From a virus (lineage: Duplodnaviria > Caudoviricetes): DNA of 27,216 bases. Every line of letters begins with the position of its first letter. Position 1 is the first letter of the stretch. The stretch spans positions 1-27,216 of the IMG/VR virus record IMGVR_UViG_3300022752_000320, one strand, 5' to 3'. Shown here piece by piece: positions 9,103 through 17,954 of the stretch. The translations under genes and the position numbers were made by a program. Below the pieces are notes generated by a model, which was not told the DNA's origin, did not search any database, and was given only the letters and a program-made list of their open reading frames with translations.

Positions 9103-10632
9103 ATGTCGTTAGTAGAAAGACTACATAATCTATTTCTTGGGAACGCTCGCGCTCACGGCGTTTTCAATGTCACAAAGGATCGTGAGCGAGACGGAAAGAA
9201 GCAAGGCTATGCAAGAGTTATTCAGGAACCCACTACTCTTAGCCATTGGGAAAAGCATTTGGCGGGTGATGCTGGCCTTGGGATCATTCCTATCAAGGAT
9301 AACAACCATTGTCACTGGGGCGCGATAGACGTCGATAACTATACAATCGACCATCGTGTTCTAATTGAGAAGCTGAATAAACATAAGTTCGCGGGGATCG
9401 TTTGTCGGTCCAAGTCCGGCGGCGCACACCTGTATTTCTTTTTCAAAGAAGAGATACCGGCAGAAGACTTGCACCCGAAGCTGATGGAGATAGCCTCGGT
9501 CCTCGGATATTCAGGCTCGGAAATTTTCCCGAAGCAGACACAGATTTTGGTTGAACGTGGTGACACGGGCAACTTCATCAACATGCCATACTTCGGCGGT
9601 GAGAACACGGTTCGCTATGCTTTCGGACCGAACGGTGATTCTCTGACCTTGGAAGAGTTCGTCGGTATGGCTGAGAACAGCCAGATGACCGTCGATGAGT
9701 TTATGGCTCTCCCTACAAAGCATAAGAAGAGCGAAGACCTTCTTCCCCACGGACCGCCGTGCTTGCAACATCTTTGCGCTCAGGGGTTTGGTGAAGGTGG
9801 TCGTAATAACGCTCTGTTCAGTCTTGGTGTCTATGCTCGCATGGCGCACAAGGAAGACTGGGAGAACGTCGTTCAGAACTACAACATGAAGTATATGAAG
9901 CCGCCTTTGTCAGCGAATGAAGTCGCTGTCATCATCAAACAGCTTCAAAAGAAAGATTACTTCTATAAGTGCGATGACCAGCCGATCTCCAGCTTCTGCA
10001 ATAAAGACGTGTGCATGTCACGGAAGTTTGGAGTCGGGCCGGGCAGTCGAAACAATGATCTGAGTTCTCTGACAAAGGTCAACGGCGATCCACCGATTTG
10101 GCTTTTGAACGTGGACGGTCAGCGTGTTGAACTCAGCACAGACGCCCTCGTGTCACAGAACATCTTCCAGAAGGAATGCGTATCGCAAATCAACAAGTTC
10201 CCCCTGACGTTGACTCAGAGGGCTTGGCAAGTGCGTATGCAGAACCTTCTTGAAAACCTCACGATTGTTGAGACGGCACCGGACACGACGATCAAGGGCA
10301 ACTTCGAAGACCTGATGTCATCGTTCTGCTGTGACCGTGCGAAAGGCTTTGAGAAGGAAGAAATCATCCAAGGCATCGCCGTGTGGACAGAAGACAAGGT
10401 GTTCTTCCAGATCAAGGACTTGCTCAAGCATCTGACGGTGAACAACTTCACGCATTACTCGGTCAACAAGGTTGGCTTACGTTTGCGTGAACTTGGTGGT
10501 GAGCGCGTTTACTGGAAGATCGCTGGCAAGGGTATGCACGTTTGGTTCTTTCCTCAGTCTTACTTCGGGACGGATGAAAGCCGTGAGATTGAACTTCCTC
10601 CGAACATGAAAGAAGAAGTGGATGTCATGTAA
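9103..10632 (+). CDS. Archaeo-eukaryotic primase (AEP) superfamily primase with PriCT-1-like and Cys-cluster region
   Basis: WGAIDVD (DxD), RSKSGGAHLYFF (SxxGxH), GNFINMPY, PPCL...GEGGRNNALF; GGGGGA RBS before the ATG at 9103. Confidence 0.8.
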   Translation: MSLVERLHNLFLGNARAHGVFNVTKDRERDGKKQGYARVIQEPTTLSHWEKHLAGDAGLGIIPIKDNNHCHWGAIDVDNYTIDHRVLIEKLNKHKFAGIVCRSKSGGAHLYFFFKEEIPAEDLHPKLMEIASVLGYSGSEIFPKQTQILVERGDTGNFINMPYFGGENTVRYAFGPNGDSLTLEEFVGMAENSQMTVDEFMALPTKHKKSEDLLPHGPPCLQHLCAQGFGEGGRNNALFSLGVYARMAHKEDWENVVQNYNMKYMKPPLSANEVAVIIKQLQKKDYFYKCDDQPISSFCNKDVCMSRKFGVGPGSRNNDLSSLTKVNGDPPIWLLNVDGQRVELSTDALVSQNIFQKECVSQINKFPLTLTQRAWQVRMQNLLENLTIVETAPDTTIKGNFEDLMSSFCCDRAKGFEKEEIIQGIAVWTEDKVFFQIKDLLKHLTVNNFTHYSVNKVGLRLRELGGERVYWKIAGKGMHVWFFPQSYFGTDESREIELPPNMKEEVDVM

Positions 10633-12143
10633 TGAACATCATCCTTGGACCACCCGGAACAGGTAAAACAACCAAGCTGCTAGGCTTGGTTGAACTTTAT
10701 CTGTCACGAGGCGTTGCACCGGATAAGATTGGATACTTCTCCTTCACACGAAAGGCCGCTCAAGAGGCGGTCCTTCGTGCGATGGTGCGCTTTGGTATGT
10801 CAGAGAAAGAGCTTCCTTATTTTAGGACTCTCCACAGCCTCGCATACCAGACGCTTGGTGTCGGTCGAAACGGCATCATGACACACAAAAACTATCAAGA
10901 AGTCGCTGACTGGCTAAAATTGCCGGGCTTTGCAGAGGTGGCATCGTTCCAAGACGGTCCATTCGTTGACTTTGGTTTCGGTGACAGGTTCCTCGAAATC
11001 ATCAACATGGCTCGCATAACCCAGCAACCCCTACGTGTCGTTTACAATGGCTCTACCGTCGCACAGAAAACGGACTGGAGCCGCATCGATTACGTTGACA
11101 GGGGTCTGAAGCATTACAAGAAAAAGAACGTCTTATACGATTACACAGACCTGATTGAGATGTTCATCGATAGACGTCTCGCTCCAAAGCTGGAAGTCCT
11201 ATTCATCGACGAGGCACAAGACCTATCAGCCCTTCAGTGGGAGATGGTCGGTCACTTGGTCGAGAACGCCAAGGAAGTCTATGTTGCAGGGGATGACGAT
11301 CAGGCCATTTATCGATGGGCAGGTGCTGACGTAAATAAGTTCATTAACCTTGAAGGCAAGGTAGAAGTTCTAGGTCAGAGTTACCGCATCCCATCTTCTC
11401 ACCACGATATCTCTCAGCGGATCATCAAGAAGATTGCCAACAGACGCCCCAAAGTATTCCTACCAAGGTCCGAGGACGGAGTTGTGGCGTGGCATCGTCA
11501 CTCTGAAGAGGTCGATCTATCGGAAGGTAAGTGGCTCCTCATGGCTCGCACCAAGAAAGGTGCTAACCAAATTGAGGAAGAGGTCCGTCAACGTGGGTAT
11601 CTCTACAGCTACGAAAGCGGTCGAAGCCTGAAGACAGATGTCATCCGGGCCGTGTCACAGTGGGAAAAGCTCCGCCGGGGAGAAGTCGTGTCAGCGGAGG
11701 ACGTCAGGAACATCTACCGGCATATGGTGATCGACGTTGACGTGTCACGAGGCCATAAGACTCTCCCGAATGTCGAAGACCATAAGATGCTGGACATCGG
11801 AACTCTGACCTTGGAACATGGACTTCTTCATCAGAAGCCTTGGGATCAGACGTTCGCCAAGATTTCAGAAGATGATCGTCGATACCTGAAGTCGTGCTTG
11901 CGCCACGGATCATTTGAGGACAGCACCCGCATCACGATATCAACAATACATGGTGCTAAGGGGACCGAATCAGATAACGTAATGCTCTTGACAGATAGTG
12001 TCAGGAAGAACCAAGGTCTCTGGAAGAAGCAGAGCTATGAGGAAGAAGATGAACATCGAGTCTTTTATGTTGGTCTTACTCGGTCTAAGCATAGCTTACA
12101 TCTCATTCACCCGATGATGTCCAAAGGGTTTAGTATTTCGTAG
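10632..12143 (+). CDS. UvrD/Rep-like superfamily 1 DNA helicase
   Basis: GPPGTGKT, FRTLHS, IDEAQD, GDDDQAIY, QSYR, STIHGAKGTE, RVFYVGLTR; TAATG coupling. Confidence 0.93.
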   Translation: MNIILGPPGTGKTTKLLGLVELYLSRGVAPDKIGYFSFTRKAAQEAVLRAMVRFGMSEKELPYFRTLHSLAYQTLGVGRNGIMTHKNYQEVADWLKLPGFAEVASFQDGPFVDFGFGDRFLEIINMARITQQPLRVVYNGSTVAQKTDWSRIDYVDRGLKHYKKKNVLYDYTDLIEMFIDRRLAPKLEVLFIDEAQDLSALQWEMVGHLVENAKEVYVAGDDDQAIYRWAGADVNKFINLEGKVEVLGQSYRIPSSHHDISQRIIKKIANRRPKVFLPRSEDGVVAWHRHSEEVDLSEGKWLLMARTKKGANQIEEEVRQRGYLYSYESGRSLKTDVIRAVSQWEKLRRGEVVSAEDVRNIYRHMVIDVDVSRGHKTLPNVEDHKMLDIGTLTLEHGLLHQKPWDQTFAKISEDDRRYLKSCLRHGSFEDSTRITISTIHGAKGTESDNVMLLTDSVRKNQGLWKKQSYEEEDEHRVFYVGLTRSKHSLHLIHPMMSKGFSIS

Positions 12144-12151
12144 GCCACACC

Positions 12152-12346
12152 ATGTATGCACAAAACGTGAAAGTAGAATGCGACTGCAAGCAAACGGCAT
12201 ATGTCACGACGTCCTTTGTCGTGTCATCGAAGTGGCCTCGCTGTTCTTGCGGCAAACTTATGAAAGTAGAGAAGCATGCAACTACCTCTTCTGAAGACGG
12301 AATCAGAGTGGTCCGCACCCGAAAGTTTTCCAGACCTGTCAGGTGA
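12152..12346 (+). CDS. Small putative zinc-ribbon protein
   Basis: CDC...CSC cysteine pairs; fills the gap between the helicase and the polymerase and overlaps the polymerase start by 71 nt; no clear RBS. Confidence 0.5.
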   Translation: MYAQNVKVECDCKQTAYVTTSFVVSSKWPRCSCGKLMKVEKHATTSSEDGIRVVRTRKFSRPVR

Positions 12347-14144
12347 TCACGAGATCGCCATCGACTTGGAAACCTATGATCCGGAACTGAAAACAAAAGG
12401 TTCTGGGTGGCCCACGAAGACAGGTCATATCATTGGTGTTGCTGTGGCTACGGTCAACGGATCTTGGTATTTCCCTGTCCGCCATCTGACGGGAGGAAAC
12501 CTTGATCCTCGCCGTGTCTTCAAGTGGGTTGCAGACGTTTGCTCTGACCCACGCAAAACCTATGTCTTTCACAACGCGATGTATGACGTGGGTTGGCTTC
12601 TTGCTGAGGGCATCGAAGTTAAAGGTCAGATCGTCGATACGATGATCGTTGCGACGCTTCTTGATGAGAACCGCTTCAGCTACTCCCTCAACAATCTCGG
12701 TCGTGACTATCTCGAACAGCGCAAGGATGAGAAACTCCTCAGGGACGCCGCAAACGAATGGGGCGTCGATGCCAAGGCTGAGATGTATAAACTCCCTCCC
12801 CAGTATGTCGGCCCATACGCCGAGCAAGACGCGGCTCTGACGCTTCGCTTGTGGGACTTGTTCAAGGGTCTCATCATCAAGGAAGAGATTCAAAAGATTT
12901 TTGAACTGGAACTTCGCGTTCTCAGTGCAATCATCAAGATGCGTCACCGTGGCGTTCGCGTGGACTGTGACAGAGCTGAGCAAACCAGCAAGTCTCTCGC
13001 CAAGGAAGAGGGCACACTCATCAAAAAGATTAAGGATGAGACAGGCGTGTCAGTGGATATCTGGGCGGCAGCGTCTGTCGCAAAAGCCTTCGACGCCGCA
13101 GGTCTGACATACCCCGTAACAGGCGGGACGGGTGCGCCAAGTTTTACCAAGCAATTTTTGGCGGCCCACGAACACGAGATACCGCGCCTGATTGTCAGGG
13201 CACGGGAACTCAATAAGGCTCGCACGACGTTCATCGAGACGATCCTGAAGCACGAGAACAAGGGTCGGATACACGCCGACATCCACCAACTCCGAAGCGA
13301 CGAGGGCGGCACGATCACGGGCCGCTTCAGTTACTCGAACCCGAACCTCCAGCAAATCCCGTCACGGGACGAGATCCTCGGACCTATGATCAGAAGCCTC
13401 TTCCTTCCTGAAGAAGGATGTCAGTGGGGTGCGTTCGACTACTCGTCACAAGAACCTCGGATCGTGGTCCACTATGCTTCGATCCTGAAGTTTGGGGGAG
13501 CAGCGGAGTTCGTGACACGCTACCGGGAGGATGCCCGGTCGGACTTTCACCAGATCGCTGCTGACATCGTCGGTGTGCCACGTAAGCAGGCCAAGACGAT
13601 CAATCTGGGACTCTTCTATGGCATGGGTGTCACGAAGCTCTCGAACCAGCTCGGCCTGTCACTGGAAGAAGGGAAGAAACTCTTCGCTCGGTATCACGAC
13701 GAAGTCCCGTTCGTTAAGCAGTTAAGCGAATACGCATCAGGTGTCGCATCAAAGCGAGGATCGATCAGGACGCTTCTGGGTCGCAAGTGCAGGTATGACA
13801 AGTGGGAGCCAGCGACGTTCGGACTCCATAAGCCACTGGCACACAAGGAAGCCTTCGCAGAGTATGGTTCCCATATCCGTCGTGCGTTCACATACAAAGC
13901 CTTGAACAGCCTCATTCAGGGGTCGGCGGCTGACCAAACAAAGAAGGCTCTCGTGGACCTCGCAGATGAGGGCATCCTTCCCATGATCCAAATCCACGAC
14001 GAACTTGCTCTCAGCATTCCAGATGAGGCGACAGCAAGGAAGGCAAAGGAGATCATGGAGAACTGCGTCACGCTTGAAATCCCGTCCGTTGTTGACGCGG
14101 AACTTGGCCCATCATGGGGTGAGGCAGTGAACAAAATGGAATAA
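12276..14144 (+). CDS. polA: Family A DNA polymerase with 3'-5' exonuclease domain, Leu762 type
   Basis: Exo I DLET, Exo II FHNAMYD, Exo III YAEQDA; TGRFSYSNPNLQQIP; motif A DYSSQEPR, motif B RKQAKTINLGLFYG, motif C IHDEL. Confidence 0.95.
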   Translation: MQLPLLKTESEWSAPESFPDLSGDHEIAIDLETYDPELKTKGSGWPTKTGHIIGVAVATVNGSWYFPVRHLTGGNLDPRRVFKWVADVCSDPRKTYVFHNAMYDVGWLLAEGIEVKGQIVDTMIVATLLDENRFSYSLNNLGRDYLEQRKDEKLLRDAANEWGVDAKAEMYKLPPQYVGPYAEQDAALTLRLWDLFKGLIIKEEIQKIFELELRVLSAIIKMRHRGVRVDCDRAEQTSKSLAKEEGTLIKKIKDETGVSVDIWAAASVAKAFDAAGLTYPVTGGTGAPSFTKQFLAAHEHEIPRLIVRARELNKARTTFIETILKHENKGRIHADIHQLRSDEGGTITGRFSYSNPNLQQIPSRDEILGPMIRSLFLPEEGCQWGAFDYSSQEPRIVVHYASILKFGGAAEFVTRYREDARSDFHQIAADIVGVPRKQAKTINLGLFYGMGVTKLSNQLGLSLEEGKKLFARYHDEVPFVKQLSEYASGVASKRGSIRTLLGRKCRYDKWEPATFGLHKPLAHKEAFAEYGSHIRRAFTYKALNSLIQGSAADQTKKALVDLADEGILPMIQIHDELALSIPDEATARKAKEIMENCVTLEIPSVVDAELGPSWGEAVNKME

Positions 14145-14167
14145 AAAAAGCCCCGCCGAAGCGGGGC
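14143..14167 (-). terminator. Rho-independent terminator for the convergent minus-strand operon
   Basis: Minus strand GCCCCGC-TTCG-GCGGGGC-TTTTTTT (UUCG tetraloop). Confidence 0.85.
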
Positions 14168-14201
14168 CAGTCATACCGTCTAGGGAGGAATCTTTAGACG
14201 G

Positions 14202-14570
14202 CTATCCTTCCAAATAATTTAACCTTACCTCAGACAAGACAAAGGTCTCCCCGTTGTTGTCTTGTTTGAAAATAAAGATTCTTGCCAAACCCCCAAAACC
14301 ATAATCACCATCAGGAACAAAAGTAACGCAGGGGTCGTTTCTAAAATCACCTTCCCATCCAATTAACTTGGCTGTTTCAGTGGCTGAACGATAAGCCCTA
14401 AGAAAATCGTTAATAGGTGTCTCTGTATGAAGAGGTGCCTTGGAATATATTGAAGCAACAATATCTTTTAGATGTTCTTTAACACTTGTTAAAAAATCCC
14501 ATCCAAAATCTAAGGGTTCAATACGATAGGTGTAGAAGTTGTTTATGAAAAAACCGTTCTCGTGATTCAT
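14202..14570 (-). CDS. Conserved hypothetical protein (GWEGD.R..P / KQDNNG.TF motif)
   Basis: AAGGAG RBS before the ATG at 14570; AT-richer than its neighbours. Confidence 0.75.
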   Translation of the reverse strand: MNHENGFFINNFYTYRIEPLDFGWDFLTSVKEHLKDIVASIYSKAPLHTETPINDFLRAYRSATETAKLIGWEGDFRNDPCVTFVPDGDYGFGGLARIFIFKQDNNGETFVLSEVRLNYLEG

Positions 14571-14580
14571 GTGTTTCTCC

Positions 14581-14916
14581 TTAAGCAAACATCTCTAAGA
14601 CTTGCGGGGCTGACATAAAACGAACTTTCTTTTCCAGTTCATCAATGCTGACCGTCGCTTCTGTGCTATTGCCTTCTTCATCAACTGGTCCGAAGACCAA
14701 CCCTCTTCCTGCGAGAGGAGATGGGGTGCCTTCAATGTGGAAGAACTTTTGCGGTGATTTGAGTAGTCCTTCGTCATCAACATAAATGTCTCCTAAGTCC
14801 GTATAGACAACGTCAAACAGATCGCATCCAAGATGCGTGTAGATCGAACGGAAATCTCCGTCGTAATTTACTTCTGTGAAGGACCGCTCTACTGGGTCGA
14901 TAAGGATCGTTCTCAT
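14581..14916 (-). CDS. DUF3846-like protein
   Basis: ILIDP...IY..LGC...IYVDDEGLL...PLAG.GLV.G..DEEG pattern; AGAAAGG RBS. Confidence 0.75.
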   Translation of the reverse strand: MRTILIDPVERSFTEVNYDGDFRSIYTHLGCDLFDVVYTDLGDIYVDDEGLLKSPQKFFHIEGTPSPLAGRGLVFGPVDEEGNSTEATVSIDELEKKVRFMSAPQVLEMFA

Positions 14917-14949
14917 TCGCTTTTCCTTTCTATGTTCAGCGATGATCTT

Positions 14950-14977
14950 AATATATGCCGACAGATTTAATTGTCAA
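14950..14977 (-). promoter_or_regulatory. Putative sigma70 promoter
   Basis: cTTGACA-N16-TATATT upstream of the DUF3846-like gene. Confidence 0.6.
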
Positions 14978-14981
14978 GCGT

Positions 14982-15101
14982 CTAAAAAATAATTTCTCCG
15001 TCGATCATAATGTCCATGTAAAACCGCTCTCCGTCCTCGGCCTCGCAGACGGCGCGGATCGTGTTCTCTTCATACTCGTAACGAATGATTGTTCTCTTCA
15101 T
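14982..15101 (-). CDS. Small hypothetical protein (39 aa, MKRTIIRYEYEEN...GEIIF), not in the ORF track
   Basis: GGAGAGAAAG RBS; fills the gap exactly. Confidence 0.5.
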   Translation of the reverse strand: MKRTIIRYEYEENTIRAVCEAEDGERFYMDIMIDGEIIF

Positions 15102-15115
15102 CTTTCTCTCCATTG

Positions 15116-15145
15116 AAAAGCCCCGCCAAGATCATTGACGGGGCT
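15116..15145 (-). terminator. Intrinsic terminator
   Basis: Minus strand AGCCCCGTCAA-TGATC-TTGGCGGGGCT-TTT (11-bp stem with one G-U), just after the stop at 15155. Confidence 0.7.
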
Positions 15146-15154
15146 GATGTCATC

Positions 15155-15442
15155 TCACTTATACTTGCGAGGGCGACCGCGCTTCTTCTTTACAGGAGTC
15201 ACGGCCTCGGTAGGAACCTCTTCTTTTTCAGGAAAGAAGTGAGCCATCATCATGTCACGCTCTTTCTTGACTTCCTCAAGTTCCCTTAAGGCTTTGTATT
15301 TTTCATTGACAGCGGCATCGTTGCGCTTCCAACTAACAGTCTCAAGATGATCAAGATACGCTTTGATCAGTGTCACGACACCCCAAGTGCCAGCAATGAT
15401 CCATGCAAACCCGTTAAGGGCCTCAGTAGTAAATATACCCAT
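15155..15442 (-). CDS. Small membrane protein with coiled coil and C-terminal AT-hook-like motif
   Basis: GAGGAG RBS; hydrophobic FAWIIAGTWGVVTLI; ends in KKKRGRPRKYK. Confidence 0.7.
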   Translation of the reverse strand: MGIFTTEALNGFAWIIAGTWGVVTLIKAYLDHLETVSWKRNDAAVNEKYKALRELEEVKKERDMMMAHFFPEKEEVPTEAVTPVKKKRGRPRKYK

Positions 15443-15446
15443 CACT

Positions 15447-15692
15447 TTAATTCTCCTCGTTCCATTCGCTAAATAGCCCATTCAGTTCTGTTTCTCGCTT
15501 TTGGCATGGGCATTCTTCTGCCTCAAGCGTCTCTATCCGTGAGATCAAAAGACTCACGAAATCTACCAATCCTGTAATACAATCGGCGGCTTCGACCCTG
15601 TCCTTGTTGGACTTCTCCAAGTTGAGTTGATAAACGCGCAAGCGATTAACAAGTTCGTTTATCTCAGGGTGTTCTCTGTCCGCCAATGTCAT
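15447..15692 (-). CDS. Hypothetical protein (LVNRLR...EAAD.I..L coiled-coil type)
   Basis: Tightly packed in the operon; motif common in small phage proteins. Confidence 0.65.
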   Translation of the reverse strand: MTLADREHPEINELVNRLRVYQLNLEKSNKDRVEAADCITGLVDFVSLLISRIETLEAEECPCQKRETELNGLFSEWNEEN

Positions 15693-15694
15693 AA

Positions 15695-15976
15695 CTATTT
15701 CAAAGCCTCTTCCGCCACTGATTTGATCTTATCTATAGACCAATCCTCGGCAGAAGCAATCTGTGCAAGTGCCGTCCTCATCTTCCTGTCGGTCTGGATG
15801 AGTGTCATGCACATATCGAGTGTATTCTTCATCTGACCTTCGACCTCGGACATCCGCTTCTGGAGATGAACGATGTGGTCAATCGTGACACTGTCAGCGT
15901 GGCGAACGGGTTCCGGTTCATACGGACCCAACCATCTTACGTTATTCATTTCTCTCTTACTCCTAAATCCTGTCAT
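15695..15976 (-). CDS. Hypothetical coiled-coil protein
   Basis: TAATG coupling at 15976; alternative start at 15949 with AGGAG. Confidence 0.65.
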   Translation of the reverse strand: MTGFRSKREMNNVRWLGPYEPEPVRHADSVTIDHIVHLQKRMSEVEGQMKNTLDMCMTLIQTDRKMRTALAQIASAEDWSIDKIKSVAEEALK

Positions 15977-16209
15977 TACTTTTCTTCCTTCAAAACGCAA
16001 ACCCATTCCTTTTCACCTATCCGGTATCTGACATGCGTCTTCTTCTCGCTGTCACGGCACTTTGCCTGTTCCGTCTGCATAGAAGTTCTAGGCTCAGGTC
16101 TTGATCCTATGTAAATTACACCGTCGAACATGCGACACTGTTCCGCACGAACCCAAGGAACCCCAAGATCGGTTACTGTCAGGTAGTCGCACGGGAAAGA
16201 GTCCATCAC
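15976..16209 (-). CDS. Hypothetical protein
   Basis: Overlap-coupled to both neighbours; AAGGATGG leader. Confidence 0.55.
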   Translation of the reverse strand: MMDSFPCDYLTVTDLGVPWVRAEQCRMFDGVIYIGSRPEPRTSMQTEQAKCRDSEKKTHVRYRIGEKEWVCVLKEEK

Positions 16210-16373
16210 TCACCATCCTTCAACGCGGCACGGGCAATTTGACCGCACCAGTTGTCATCATCTGATATTCTTTGCAACGCTTCTCGCAACCTTAGAATCT
16301 CAGCATCCTTTTCCAAAAGCAAATGCTTGATTTGGTTGATAGTTTCGTCCAGTGACCAATCTTTCTCTGTCAT
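16206..16373 (-). CDS. Hypothetical protein (EI.RLREAL..I...IARAAL type)
   Basis: ATGA overlap with the upstream stop at 16370; motif common in small phage proteins. Confidence 0.65.
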   Translation of the reverse strand: MTEKDWSLDETINQIKHLLLEKDAEILRLREALQRISDDDNWCGQIARAALKDGE

Positions 16374-17017
16374 TTCTGCCTCAATAGTTTCTTGGCAAAG
16401 GACCGAAGCAATTCGTGATGCCGTCCTTCGTGCCAATTATTTCTGATATATTTCAAATCGTCAAACCATTTCTTTTCAGACTCAGGGTGACATCCGATCA
16501 AGCCCACACGACCTTGGATCACGGCCATTGGTTCTTGGTTAGAATACCGTGACACGATCTGACATCTCCCGTCACCGACGAACGTGCATCCGTCGTAAAA
16601 AAACATCATTTCCTTTTTGCCTTGCCAGTCGACTTCTGTGACGGTGGAGTAGGATCGTCTGACGGATGCGGTAGGACGCTTAATAAATTGCACTGGCTCA
16701 AGCCCGTCGAGCAAGTCAAAGTAATTTCTTCCAGCCCAGTAAGCACCCATGCAGATGCCGAGGTATTTCCCGCCTCGTGACACGAAATCAGCAATCGTGT
16801 TTCCTTCTCTGCGTTTGAAGAAATCGTAATATCGATCCGCGTCCCCGATGCCACCGCCAAACGCAACGATGTCAATGTCGTCAAATCTACCTGCATTGAG
16901 TTCTCTTTCATCAAAAAACTTAACTTCGAAGTCAGGCGACAAGGCTGTCACCATGCCATCAGCACAGTCCTGAGAGCATTCAGGATGGTGAACAAAGATG
17001 GCAATAGTCGGCTTCAT
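16370..17017 (-). CDS. BPL_N-like class I glutamine amidotransferase-fold protein
   Basis: FGGG, GGKYLGICMGAY (nucleophile-elbow Cys), FYDG, GCHPE (His-x-Glu); the Cys-His-Glu triad appears intact. Confidence 0.85.
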   Translation of the reverse strand: MKPTIAIFVHHPECSQDCADGMVTALSPDFEVKFFDERELNAGRFDDIDIVAFGGGIGDADRYYDFFKRREGNTIADFVSRGGKYLGICMGAYWAGRNYFDLLDGLEPVQFIKRPTASVRRSYSTVTEVDWQGKKEMMFFYDGCTFVGDGRCQIVSRYSNQEPMAVIQGRVGLIGCHPESEKKWFDDLKYIRNNWHEGRHHELLRSFAKKLLRQK

Positions 17018-17403
17018 TTTATCTTAACAACCCTGATCTTCTTGAGTCGCTTGATTGCGTCTTCATGATACGTCTTGCCGATGTGCATGATCGACAGAAT
17101 CTTCTCGACGTTCCTGCGGCGGTCCTTATACGCTGACAGGTCTGTGCCAGAACATTCGTATTCTATGTCACGCATGGCATCGACAGTCCTTCGCGTTGAC
17201 GCGACAATCGACTCGTAGTCCCACTCTTCAATCGAAGAAGCTGACAGAAGGTTGTCAGCCCTTCTTTCAAGAATTGGATTTATTATTTCTTTTCCTTCTT
17301 TAGTCTTCTTTCGTTTCAAGAAGCCAAAGCGGTCGATGTATTCATCAACTAAACTCAGAAGCGTCGTTGCCGCTTCCATGTAAACTTTTGTCTGGATTTC
17401 CAT
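17014..17403 (-). CDS. Hypothetical protein
   Basis: 129-aa ORF, GGGGA RBS, ATGA coupling to the next gene. Confidence 0.7.
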   Translation of the reverse strand: MEIQTKVYMEAATTLLSLVDEYIDRFGFLKRKKTKEGKEIINPILERRADNLLSASSIEEWDYESIVASTRRTVDAMRDIEYECSGTDLSAYKDRRRNVEKILSIMHIGKTYHEDAIKRLKKIRVVKIK

Positions 17404-17404
17404 T

Positions 17405-17551
17405 CTAATCCCCTAGTAACCAAAGCGACGCGATGTTTCCAACCGTGCCGCAAAGAAAGATAATCATCCACGCATACCTTCCTTCTAGGAAGAAGGAAGT
17501 TGCTATTACAAAATCAAACACAGCTATCGCTATGAGAAGGTTCCTACCCAC
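17405..17551 (-). CDS. Small two-helix membrane protein (48 aa), not in the ORF track
   Basis: GTG start after GGAGAAAGAAG; MGRNLLIAIAVFDFVIATSFFLEGRYAWMIIFLCGTVGNIASLWLLGD; fills the gap. Confidence 0.55.
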   Translation of the reverse strand: MGRNLLIAIAVFDFVIATSFFLEGRYAWMIIFLCGTVGNIASLWLLGD

Positions 17552-17687
17552 CTTCTTTCTCCATAAACTTTAGCTTCGGTAACGTGACAGGCGGCTTCTC
17601 GTTCTTCATCGTCATCCGCATCTTTGCAATGCGGATCGCGTCACGAATCTTTGTCTGTTGTTCCGGTGTCAGCTTGCTTTTTTTCAT
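17544..17687 (-). CDS. Small basic hypothetical protein (47 aa)
   Basis: MKKSKLTPEQ...PPVTLPKLKFME; start trimmed from the track ORF. Confidence 0.5.
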   Translation of the reverse strand: MKKSKLTPEQQTKIRDAIRIAKMRMTMKNEKPPVTLPKLKFMEKEGG

Positions 17688-17898
17688 CGAACTTCTTCCA
17701 ATAATAATCGCACAGCGTGATCGTTGTGGACGGGATGCGCCAATAAGGTTCCTCAATAAACCACTCTTCCTCGCCCTCAACTTCCCAACCACTCATAGGA
17801 GATCGGTAACACGTTGATGACATGGGGCACGTTTCCCCCTTGCAATACAAAAAGCCGTTGTTCTTCATCGGCCCCCCGTCGTTCGGTTCTCTCTTCAT
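17641..17898 (-). CDS. Small Cys-rich, putative Zn-binding phage protein
   Basis: CKGETCP...CYR...CDYYW pattern; GGAG RBS. Confidence 0.6.
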   Translation of the reverse strand: MKREPNDGGPMKNNGFLYCKGETCPMSSTCYRSPMSGWEVEGEEEWFIEEPYWRIPSTTITLCDYYWKKFDEKKQADTGTTDKDS

Positions 17899-17954
17899 TT
17901 CATTCTCCATAAAAAGCAAAGCCACAAATACTGTGGCCTTGCTGATTTACGAAA

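Noticed and set aside
12339-12983. 214-aa antisense ORF within polA
   Set aside because: Codon-bias shadow of polA.
12276-14144. Intein, intron or DnaJ-like insertion in the polymerase
   Set aside because: The 622-aa protein is compact with normally spaced motifs and no CxxCxGxG repeats.
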